DNA from: Mobula birostris
Lineage: Eukaryota
Length of the DNA stretch: 64,000 nt
NCBI RefSeq assembly: GCF_030028105.1
Contig: NC_092376.1
Span: 116,558,230-116,622,229 of the forward strand
Reading direction: 5' to 3'
This document shows, piece by piece, positions 23,947 through 34,957 of the stretch. The translations under genes and the position numbers were made by a program. The stretch's first letter is position 1. The number at the start of each line of letters is the position of its first letter. The notes beneath the pieces were generated by a model, which did no database searches, was not told the DNA's origin, and saw nothing but the letters and a program-made list of their open reading frames with translations.

Positions 23947-24946
23947 AGACCTCAGTGTAAAACAATAATGAGTCTTAAGAATGAACTGGATGATCTCAGC
24001 ATTGTATTATTCTGAGTGAATCACTATTGATGGCTCACAGTGGGCTGTGAAGTTAGAAGATATGAATATCCAGATAGCCTGTTGGCTAATAAAAGAATCT
24101 CAAGAGGGCCTGAAGGGCCAACTGGGAATCTGATCCTGTTAAGGCTTGAGCCATGTTGAGATGGGTCGATGATCCTACTGTGGGACTGGGAGATGGGGAT
24201 GTCTGGATGGATGACGAAAATGAGGGGGGAGAGAGTGGACCCCTCCGTTTAATCCTCGAAATTATTGCCATTTAATCCTTGAAATGAGACTATTGTCCCA
24301 ACACGCCATCAATAATGTCCTGAGATCACTGCTTGCTTCCCCTGAGCTTAATGCATCATTATGGATTTGTGTTATGGCCGCAGTTAAACTGAGGCATCCC
24401 ATTCTTACTGAATGGAATTTAAAACCCCAAGTAGAATGGAGCACAGCAGAGGAGGGTTCTAAAGTTCTATGCCAGTGGGCTCCTATCACAGAAATACACT
24501 GTGATAGTGATTTCCCACCAGAGGACATTGGATTAACTTCTGGAATGGTGAGGCATGTGGTTATGGAAGAAGTTTTTCCAATTAAAGGGGTAGTGCTGCC
24601 TTTAATAGCACAGGCTGTTGGTCATCCTGTAAATACAGTGATTCAATCATTACAAGGATTAGAGTATGTAGAAGAGGGTGTACATAGCCAAGTTAGATAA
24701 GCAGACGGGGAGTGGGCGATCCTGCATATTCCATAACGCTTAAAGATGGGTCCCGGAGGAGCAGCTAAATGGGGTTCCTACCCTCATCCTCTATGTAAAG
24801 TGGAGGAAGTTCTACATGGAAAAGCAAAAAAGGGAGGTTGTTGAGGGGGAAGGGTCTTTCTTCAAGTCCTCTGCTGATAAGGGTTCTTTTTGTCATCCGC
24901 CAGATTCCTCGCCCTCCTTTCAGGGTTCCCTGCTAATGATCACCAG
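23947..24946 (+). pseudogene. ERV-L-type gag remnant (N-terminal part at about 17582-17740, split by a MITE)
   Basis: VKA*AMLRWVDDPTVGLGDGDVWMD resembles ERV-L VKVRAL..WDP..WDGDVWED. WSTAEEGSKVL and PPEDIGLTSGMVRHVV resemble W.TVEEG..L and PED..FT..R..LV. Several stops and frameshifts. Confidence 0.72.
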
Positions 24947-27900
24947 CAGTGGCAATCCGGGGATGGTTAATATATTCACATCCCATTGTTGTAGGGAGGG
25001 GGTGGTTGGGAAGCACTGAAATTGCGCCCCTATCCAAACATCTGACACCCATCTTTTAGATAACTTTACCATAATATCAGCTCAAAAATACAAATCAAGC
25101 TCGTTAATCTTTTAATTAACAAATTATGGCACTACATGAAAATTACAACACACTTTCCTTGCTTTCACTGATGCAAATTGGTCTATGATGTGATCAAAGT
25201 CAGTTTTTTCAGTTTCTTCTCTCTCTACACTCAGCAGAGCAAGATCACAGAGTCTGCCTTGACCCATGGAGGCTCTCAAATATGAAAGTATTGGTTTTAA
25301 CTTGCTGAATGATCTCTCACAGCTGGCAATGGAAACTGCGATGGTTAGCATTATCTGAACAGCAAAGTAAAGATTGGGGAAGACGCTCTCATCTCCATAC
25401 TGAACAATAAATTCAAGAAGCCCTTCAGGTCTTGATATTTTCATGTTGACCCGCCTTGATAGCTACATTTTGAATCCAAAATTTCTTCATATACCTGCTG
25501 TCCATCAACATCAGAGCTGTACAATTTGCCCAAATTTTCGCACTTCTTCTTTGAGTCATTGCTGTCGGTGTCGTAACACAGTCCCTCGACATTGAGAAGG
25601 AACCCAAACTTGTCATGCAAATGAGCGAAACTTTCATCCATCTGTCTGTGAAGACGGTCGAGTGTTCCCTTCATGACTCTTTCCATTTCCCCCTTAGCTG
25701 TTAACCCAGCGTCTCTCGAGTTCTCATCAGCCACTCGTTTCTTTTGTCTCTGACGTCTTTCAACTTCAATATTCCATTCTTGACTGAGACCGACTCCTTC
25801 TTTGAGTGATTCACTGACCAACACTTCTCTTTCATCATAAAAATGATCTCGGAGGGCTTTCAAATCCAGGGCAGCATCGTGCAAGTTCATGCTAGGATCC
25901 TGCAGCCTCTTTTGAATACGGTCAATGCGAATGAGTACTTTGTTCCAAAATCCTAGCAAAATCAGAAAATTGTAACTCAACATGTGGTTGTACAGCTGCC
26001 TTGCATCACTTCTTGTTTCATTGGTCTCGTTTTCATTGTCTATTATGTCCTGGAGAACTTGAAGTATCTCCTCAAGGTACTTGTTGACGGGCTTCACTGC
26101 TTCTGTCCTTGCACTCCACCTGGTTTCAGACTCCGACTTAAAAACCACAGGCACGGCGTTTTTGAATTTTTCCCAGCGCTGTGTTGAACGAGATGAAAAC
26201 ACGTAGAGAGCTTCGATGGTTCCAAAAGACGTGACCATCATTGTATCCTGCTTGGCTGCATGTACACCCACCAATTTGAGTGAGTGATTGTCGCAATTCA
26301 CAAACACCGCCAGGTTGTTTTTCTCACTTATTCTTTGATGAACACCACTTCTGTGTCCAGCCATCACAGCAGCATTGTCATAGCACTGTGACTGACAATC
26401 TTACAGCTCCATTTCATCCTTCTCTCGTTGTTTCAAGATGTCTTCAACCAAGCTCTCAGGGCTCTTCTGCTTATCTGGATAAAACCAAGGAAGGACTCTC
26501 TGACACGGACTGTTTTCCTCTCAGAATCAACTTCCACATACCTCACTACTTCTGACATCTGCTCACGGTGTGCTTGATCAGGAGTTGAGTCGAACATGAG
26601 ACCATAGTACTTGGCTTTACGAATGCTTCTCAGTAAACTCTCGTGAACAGTGGATGCCATCATGTGGATGAATTCGTTCTGGACACCCGATGAAAGATAG
26701 GATGTGGATCCAGGATGACTTTCCAAATGAGTTAGGTGTTGTTTTATGACAGGGTCAAAGATGGCCCATAGTTTCAGTAAGCCAAGGAAACTTCCCACAT
26801 TGGAGTCATCGTATAGCTGAAGTGACTCCCTGTGTCCTCGCAAAGCCAGGTTCTGAGTCGCAAGGAATTCTTGTCAAGATATCACACCACTTCTGCTTTT
26901 CCTTCTCAATCTGTGACTGAAATACCGCATCAATAACTCCTCTGTTTCCAGCTATATTGCTTTCCATTTCTTTCCACTGTGTGAAGCATTCCCGATGATT
27001 CTTGGCATTTTCATCAACACTAATCCTTTCAGGTGCTTTCCACTGGTTGAATCCACTTTCCTGCTCCAATGAGGATTGATGGTCTGACCGGGAATAGAGA
27101 AGACAACAGATACAAAATGAAGACTTTTTAGAAGGGGAATAGACCAGCTATGAGCGAGACACTTCCTCACCATGACCATTTCGCAATTTCCTCTTGAACC
27201 AAGTTTTGTTCATTGAGCAGTTATTTGTTGGTTGGAAAGGCCCCTCACCGTTCTGGAAATACTTCGAACCCAGCTTTATTATTTCTGTTCTCAACGCATC
27301 AGGCAGAATTGCTTTTCCAGTATCCTTGTCGAACTTCAGAAGTCCAATGTCATGCTGTTCAATCACTTCTGGTATGACAGCTTGAGGCTCTTTGACACCG
27401 TCCTGTTCACTAGGTTCAGTGTTGTCAGGTTTAATCTTGTCAGGTAAAATCTCGTCAATAAACTCAACATCACCACCACCACCATCGTCTTCCCTTCCTG
27501 TCATGTCCACGTTCTCTGTGGCAGCCTCACTCTTAATCTCATTATACTCGGATTTATCTGACTTGACTTCCTCCTCGGCTTATGACGCATTTGTACTTGA
27601 TCCACCTTCGGATTCTAACAAACGTAGCAGGTGCAGGTGACTCCATGGAACGTGTCAAACTACTTGTTCCAAGCTTTTCAAAGGAGGGCATGAAGAACTT
27701 GCTCAACTTCTTGGCTTCCTCCTCTTCCAACTTTCATCTCTTCCGTCCTTCAGCTCCACTTTTGTTCTACTTCGTGAAGAAATGTTTCATGCTCTTCTTA
27801 CACAATGCTCTGATATAAGGCCATCCTAGTGCTTCTCACCCATGATAATCAAAGACAGATCATACATCTGAAGAAAATTCTTTTTTCACTATTGGAAGAT

Positions 27901-27999
27901 GGCTTGTCTAGACTTTAATAGAAACTGCTCAGTGGCACCCCCCTTTCAAGTGACGTCCAGGGCACGTGTCATACCTGCCATACCTTAGATACGCCACTG
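24947..27999 (-). mobile_element. hAT DNA transposon (ZMYM1-like transposase), frameshifted
   Basis: ORF pieces 27148-27510, 26806-27069, 26433-26843, 25441-26367 and 25124-25444 with FDSTPD, SETRWS and hAT dimerisation domain SCERSFSKLK. Termini CAGTGGC/GCCACTG; left end uncertain; no 8-bp TSD. Confidence 0.85.
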
Positions 28000-28139
28000 T
28001 CCATAGGAACTGTTAAAGAAGACGAGTACAACCCAGACTTTGTAATTTAAGTTTTGTGTTTAATCCATTACTTCTTGGTTTCTTGTTTTCTAAACCTGTT
28101 ACATGTTTATTGTGTTTTAATATGGTAATTGATTTAGGG

Positions 28140-29365
28140 ATGTCTCATTACACACTGGCCATATGAAATGTGAGTTGAAACTTGGTGGGAGTTTGGGTAA
28201 CTTTATTCCGGGTATGAGATGCCCACATTTCCGAGGGAATTGAGCATTTGTAGTTTTATTGTTTTTGGGTTTGCTAAATATCCAGTGACTAATCAGGAGC
28301 GAGTGTATTTCTATCTCCCTGCTTTACAGAATGGCAAAGTGGTGATCGTTGATTTGTGGTGGGAGATCTCGTTATACATTCCTGTGGTTAGCATTTGAAT
28401 TTGCACACTGGACCAATGGGTCAGATTGTTGAATTTGCATGAAAAATCCTTTCAACATTACAGAAGGATGCCACTGATATCGCTCCCTTCGACGACAAAG
28501 AAAAGCCTGTTGGGAGAAATTATCTAGCTTCCCGGGTTTTGGCATTCTGTTTTGGGGGAGCAGGGAGGGAGTAGTGTATTCCAACTAACCTCAACCCAGA
28601 GAATGGTAACAGGCTTAAGGGACCTGAGCTTTAACAGTCCTGGTGATGTGTGCGCTTTAAGGGCTGAAATTTCCCTACATACCATTTGTTTAATTGGAAT
28701 GCCCTGACACTTAATGTGATCTTCCCAGCTGACAGAGTGTGAGTGTGGGTGTTGAGTACAGGTACAACGTGCAAGGTGGATGGCAAGTGTGAGCAGGAAC
28801 ATATCCTGGGATGACTGTGTCCATGCCAGATGGTGTTTTGAGGCTGGGCACTTGTTGGAAGCTGAATGGCACTTACTGGATACGCAGTTCCTAGGCCTAC
28901 CCGTTGTTTCCACAGGGTGGTGTGGTTGATATGTGGTGGGGGATGTATGCCATCCTAGTGCCCGGGATGAACACTTGCCTACGCTGGTTGGTAAGAGGGC
29001 TATTTCAAAGGAAGGATGTTTTGAGTGATAGCCTTTCTCTGCATGGTACGGCCAGACTGTCCCAGGAACTGATTTCGATGGCCTTGGATTACCTGCTCAT
29101 AAAGGAAAGTGGCACTTGTACTGTTACTGGTTAAGGATGCTGGATCTACATTCCTGATGGGTCGGGTAACATCTCTCACCTGGTTGATCAAATTAAATGG
29201 GAGACTAGCTCATTGGCTATTACACTCTAGGGTAGGGCTGGTGGCCTCTTGGAGTAGAGGGAGGCTGGTGGACACTATAGTATCCTGGGAGGTGACTATT
29301 GGGTTTACAGTACTGGGTATTGTACTCTCCTGTTTTATGTATAACTTATTTGGGAGTTCATGAGA
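28140..29365 (+). pseudogene. Gamma-type retroviral env remnant
   Basis: LNGTYWI..AYPLFP(Q)GWCG SU-like motif at about 28865. MALDYLLIKESGTCTVTG*GCWIYIPD (ISD plus decayed CX6CC) at 29078-29158. Hydrophobic TM-like end VTIGFTVLGIVLSCF. Confidence 0.85.
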
Positions 29366-29414
29366 GTCATACTAGTCTGAGAGTTGGATCATCACTTTCG
29401 TGACTTTCGTGTCC

Positions 29415-29796
29415 TGTGGGGTGCGCCTTATTCTAATTGTTGAAAATTGCTTCCATCGTGATTAGTTAGTTTAGGAGCTACAGCATCTTTTCCCATTGGA
29501 TAACTGCCTGGTGGTCCAGTTTCAAATATCCTGGGTATATAAAATCGCACATGGAAGAGGCTTTCTCTCTTCTTCCTTTGTTTAAGGCAAGGATGCACAT
29601 GATGATTGGGAAGGTATGCTCTGCACATACTTTTAACTAAGTCTGTTTGTCAAATATCCATGTGTTTGTTGGGATTTGTAGTGTCTGTGACTGGGGAACA
29701 TGAATGTTTGGTCGTATTTTTACTGTTTGTAAATAAATTATTCAATGTCAGTGCAACTCCTGTCTCACTTGCTGGACCTGCGAATCTGATTCAACA
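29415..29796 (+). repeat. ERV 3' LTR
   Basis: TGTGGGG...TCAACA; same CCAAT/TATA/AATAAA layout as the 5' LTR. Confidence 0.82.
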
Positions 29797-30126
29797 TTGC
29801 AATCATACCAAGGGACTTGGTTGAGTTATTTTTTTGTGTAATGTATTGTGAATGGACTTTCAGTGGATGATCCACCTTTTCATCCAATGAGCCAAGAAAC
29901 GGGATGGCGAGCCACCCAAGATTGAGGAACCAGCGCGGGAATGAATGCTTCAAGATGTGGAGGACTTAATATGGTTGGATGTATAAGTTTATTTTTCATT
30001 TGAAGGATCTGATTTGATTTTATGGAGGAACTAATTATTTTTGCAAGAACTTTGATCAGCGACTGAATGAGATTTACTTTGTTTAAAAGTTGTGATGTTG
30101 GAGAATTTGTTGTGAAAAGAGTTAAG

Positions 30127-30385
30127 CTGTATCGATCAACACACATCAAAGTTGCTGGTGAATGCAGCAGGCCAGGCAGCATCTCTAGGAAGAGGTACAG
30201 TTGACATTTTGGGCCGAGACCCTTCGTCAGGACTAACTGAAAGAAGAGCTTGTAAGAGATTTGAAAGTGGGAGGGGGAGGGGGAGATCCAAAATCATAAA
30301 TTTTCTGCAGATACTGGAAATTCAAGCAACACACATCAAAGTTGCTGGTGAATGCAGCAGGCCAGGCAGTATCTATAGGAAGAAA
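30127..30385 (-). repeat. Penelope-type terminal repeat, partial tandem copy (related short copies at about 1-122, 1590-1710, 13620-13705, 14770-14865, 46810-46900)
   Basis: caacacacatcaaagttgctggtgaatgcagcaggccaggcag occurs twice here and is nearly identical to the end of the Penelope at 63021. Confidence 0.75.
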
Positions 30386-31856
30386 TTTGGTTTCCATTTG
30401 ATATCTGAGAGTTGGAACCTAAAACACAATGTTGAAATTTTGAATTGTTCTTTCTCATGTAAATATTTTATATACATTGCTATTTTCTATAAATAAAATT
30501 TACCCCTAGAAGCGTGTGTTTTCTATTCATTGCCTCCTTTCGATACCTAGAGCTTCTGATGGCCCACTAGCACCTGGTGTAGTACGAAGCAATTTGATTT
30601 TTCTCAGTCACATGAGATAAGACAAGTGCTACACAGGTGTTACATTACTGTCAGTGTCCTATTGTACAACAGCTCTATCATAACCATTTACATCTGTCCA
30701 ATGCAATTCTCCCCGGTTCCTCAGGATCACAGTCATGCCTCGGATTTCTCCCTGCAAAGAGTCAAAAGTCTTATTTTTCTGTTGTCTCATCCCTTCTGAT
30801 AAGGCACATCAAATTCAACAAGTCAGGTATGATTACTCAAATAGAAGACAAAAATAAAACACAGAATAAGGGATGCATCTCAAGATCCACTCCAGAATCT
30901 AACCAGGATGAATTATCTCAGTACTCCCAACATCATCACATCTTTTTGTGGTTTATTAACCCAAATTACGCCAATGATTCTCAAATCATTCAGTTCCTTC
31001 ATTAACGCCATTAAGTCTTTTAAGACATACTGTATATCGTTCATTGATAAGTAAGTACACCAAAAATAATACATGCACATGATCCAAAAACTCTATCGAA
31101 AACACTAAAATAGAAAATACCATTTTCAAAAAGGCAATCCAGGCTGAAGCATTGTGAATTTCAATAAACAGTTCTGATATGACATTCTGCTATTTTTCCA
31201 TCACAGTTCATATTGGTGAGGGGCAATTTTCAGTTACTCTCCTGGCTTTATCAATTCACCTTCAACGCAAATTTATAGATGGAGCAATATGCTCAGACAT
31301 TGTAATCTGTAGTGTTGCCACCTCTCCAGAGAAGGTCAGTTTTATTTGTAGTTCCAAAAAATGCTTTCATGCCGTGAAGTTGGAGCGCATCAGCCATGTA
31401 CAAGTAGTTTAATGGTGTTTGTACATTTCCGCCGTTTACATTTGTGAATGCCTGTTGAAGTCAGTATTGATCAGATGATGGCCATCATAACTTTTCAGTT
31501 ATGTAATGATTTGTTACTTTGATGACATTGTCACATAGCTGGAGTCCAGAAAAAAGGATATTGTTTCCATACACAAAAATTTCAGGCTTTCTTTCCAGTT
31601 CATAACTTTTCTGTAAAGTTTGGTACTAACTCTGGATTCTGCACCCTCACTTGGGATGGGTATTTCAGTCAACATATGTGGTCAATCTTTGGTTCACTAT
31701 GGGAAGGCCTTCCCATGGACATCAAAGTGATTGCTGCAAGGGTATGGAGTCTCTCACGGGCTTGGTACTGCTCCTGTTCTGACAGATGGAGGATGTGCCT
31801 GAGTGACACAAAAATGCAGAACACCGATGAGTGAACCATAGATGCTGTACTTGAAC

Positions 31857-32468
31857 TACTCAGGGTGATTGATAAATTCGTGGCCTGAGGTAGAAAGAGT
31901 AAATGTTAGAAAACCTAGCACCTTTATTTTTCAACATAGTCCCCTCCTCCATTTACACACTTAGTCCAGCAGTTGTGAAGCTTATGGCTCTTGGACCTCC
32001 AGAAAGTGTCCATAGCAGGGGTGATTGATACGTTCGTGGCCTAAGGTAGAAGGAGATGAGTTATACAGCTCTTGTTACATGCACATGCAGGCCAACTCTT
32101 TGAGTGAATTTGCAGAAAGTTTGAGGTTAATAACTCATCAGTTAATAACTCATCAGGGGTGACTGATAAGTTCGTGGCCTATGGTGATGTGTTATTAACT
32201 TCAAACTTTCTGCATAATCACTCAAAGAGTTTACCTGCATGTGCACGTAATGAGAGCTATATAACTCATCTCTTTCTACCTTAGGCCACGAGCTTATCAA
32301 TCACCCCTGCTGTGGACACTTTCTGGAGGTCCAAGATCCGTATGCTCTACGACTGCTGGACTAATTGTGTAAATGTAGGAGGGGACTATGTTGAAAAATA
32401 AATATGCTAGGTTTTCTAAAATTGACTCCTTCTACCTTAGGCCACAAACTTATCAATGACCTTTCATA
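31857..32468. mobile_element. Palindromic mariner-type MITE (about 283-bp inverted arms)
   Basis: GGGTGATTGATAAGTTCGTGGCCT-type motif three times forward and twice reversed; arms are reverse complements; TA termini. Confidence 0.82.
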
Positions 32469-32740
32469 CATAGACTGCAGTTCATGGTGATATAATGAGC
32501 AAATACTTCACTCCTGCGTAATAAGGGAAACAACTTGACCAAAATTGTTCCTTTTTTGCATATTTACCAATGAACCTGAAGAAAGAATATAATGTTATGA
32601 AATTCACTCATTGACTGATGTTCATTTATGATCAAATTGAAGTAAATCTCAATAAGTAGAAAAATGAATTTTTTTCACTCAAATTACATACCAAAGCAGT
32701 CTCAGTGACTGTCAGAATGCCATGTTGGTTCTATAAAATA

Positions 32741-34775
32741 AGACCATTAGACCATAAGACATGGAAGCAGAATTTGGCTATTTGGTCCATCGAGTCTGCT
32801 TCGCCATTCAATCATGGCCGATCTATTTTTCCTTTCCTCAGCCACACTCCCCACCCTTCTCCCTGTAACCTTTGATGCTGTGGCCAATCAAGAACCTATC
32901 AAGCTCTGCTTTAAATACACCCAACAACCTGGTCTCCAAAGCTGCCTGTAGTAATAAATTCCACAAATTCACCATCTTCTGGCTAACGAAATTTCTCTAC
33001 ATCTCTGCTTTAAATGGACGCCCCTCTATGATGAGGATGTGCCCTCTTGTCCTAAACTCCCCCGCCATTGGAAACATCCTTTCCACATCTAATCTGTCTA
33101 GGCCTTTCAACATTTGAAAGGTTTCAATGAGACCCCCCGCCCATCCTTCTAAATTCCAGCAAATACAGACCCAGAGCTATCAAACGTTCCTCATATCATA
33201 ACCCTTTCATTCCCTGAGTCATCCTTGTGAAACTCCTCTGAACCCTCTCCAATGCCAGCACGTATTTTCTTAGATGAGGAGCTCAAAATTGTTCAAATAC
33301 TCAAGGTGAGGCCTCACCAGTGCCTTATAAAGCCTCAGCATCACTTCCCTGTTCTTGTATTCTGGACCTCTTGAAATGAATGCTATCATTGCATTTGCGT
33401 TCCTCACCACCAACTCAACTTGCAAGTTAACCTTTTGGGTATTCTGCCCAAGGACTCCCAAGTCACTTTGCAGCTCAGATTTTGGGATTATCTCCCCATT
33501 TAGAAAAGAGTCTGCACATTTACTTCTTCTAACATAGTGCATGACCACGCATTTTCCAACATTGTATTTCATTTGCCACTTTCTTGCCCATTCTCCTAAT
33601 CTGTCTAAGTCCTTCTACAGCCTTCCTGTTTCCTCAACACTACCTGCTCCTCCATCAATCTTCATATCATCTGCAAACCTGGCAACAAAGCCATCTATTC
33701 CATCATCTAAATCATTGATATGCAGCATAAAAGGAAGCAGTCCCAACACCAAACCCTGTGGAAAACCAGTAGTCACTGGCAGCCAACCAGAAAAGGATCC
33801 TTTTATTCCCACTCACTGCCTCCTACCAATCAGCCAATGCTCTAACTATGCCAGTAACTTTACTGTAATGCCATGGTTCCTTAACTTGGTAAGCAGCCTC
33901 ATGTGTGGCACCTTGTCAAAAGCCTTCTGAAAGTCCAAATATACAACATCCACTGCATCCCCTTTATCTATCCTATGAGTAATCTCTTCAAAGAATTCCA
34001 ACATATCCATCAGGCAAGATTTTACCTTAAGAAAACCATGCTCACTTTGTCCTGTCTTGTCCTGCGTCACCAAGTACCCTATAACCTCATCTTTACCAAT
34101 TGACTCCAACATCTTCCCAACCACTGAGGTCAGGATAACTGGTCTATAATTTCCCCTCTGCTGCTTTTTCCTTTCTTAAAGAATGGAGTCACATTTGCAA
34201 TTTTCCAGTCCTCTGGCACCATGCCAGAGTCCAATGATTTTTGAAAGATCATCAATATTTCCTCCACAATCTCTACTGCTACCTCTTTCAGAACCCTAGG
34301 TTGCAGTTCATCTGGTCTGGGTGACTTATGTACCCTTAAGTCTTTCAGCTTTTTGAGCACCTTCTCCTTTGTAATAATAACTGCACTCACTTCTCTTCCC
34401 TCTCACCCTTCAACACCTAGCACACTGCTAGTGTAATCCACAGTGAAGACTGATGGAAAACACTCATTCAGTTCATCTGCTACCTCCTTGTCCAATGTTA
34501 GTATTTTTCCAGCCTCATTTTCTAGCGGTCCTACAGCCAATCTCTTCTCTCTATTATTTTTAATATACTTGAAAAGCTTTTACTATCCACTTTGATACTG
34601 TTTGCCAGTTTGCTTTCATATTTCATCTTTTCCCTCCTGCTGATTCTTTCAGTTGCTCTCTGAAGGGTTTTAAAAGCTTCCCAGTCCTCTGTCTTCTCAC
34701 TATTTTTTGCTTTGTTGCCTGCTCTTTTGCTTTACATTAGCTTTGACTTCCCTTGTCAGCCACGGTTGTATGAAA
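32741..34775 (-). mobile_element. Degraded CR1 LINE
   Basis: DVVYLDFQKAFDKV, PQGLVLG, FADD, HLEY fragments; accataagac tail. Confidence 0.88.
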
Positions 34776-34957
34776 CAACACTGTAGTCAATTATCATTGA
34801 AGAATGAAAGCTGGAGATGTGAGATGGGTCTCAGTGTCTGGGGGAAAGGAGGTGGCTTCAGATTCTATATGATTGTCTGAAAGTGTATCAGTCCAGTCAG
34901 AAGATGGTGGATGGTTAGATGCATGGGGAGATGCATTGGTTCAGCTCCTCTCTCTTC

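Larger units (their letters stand above)
17127..29796 (+). mobile_element. Degraded endogenous retrovirus, class III (ERV-L/ERV-S-like): LTR-PBS-gag-[no pol seen]-env-LTR, with nested insertions
   Basis: Paired direct-repeat LTRs, tRNA-Ser-like PBS, ERV-L-type Gag motifs, gamma-type Env ISD/CX6CC region (see sub-features). Confidence 0.8.
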
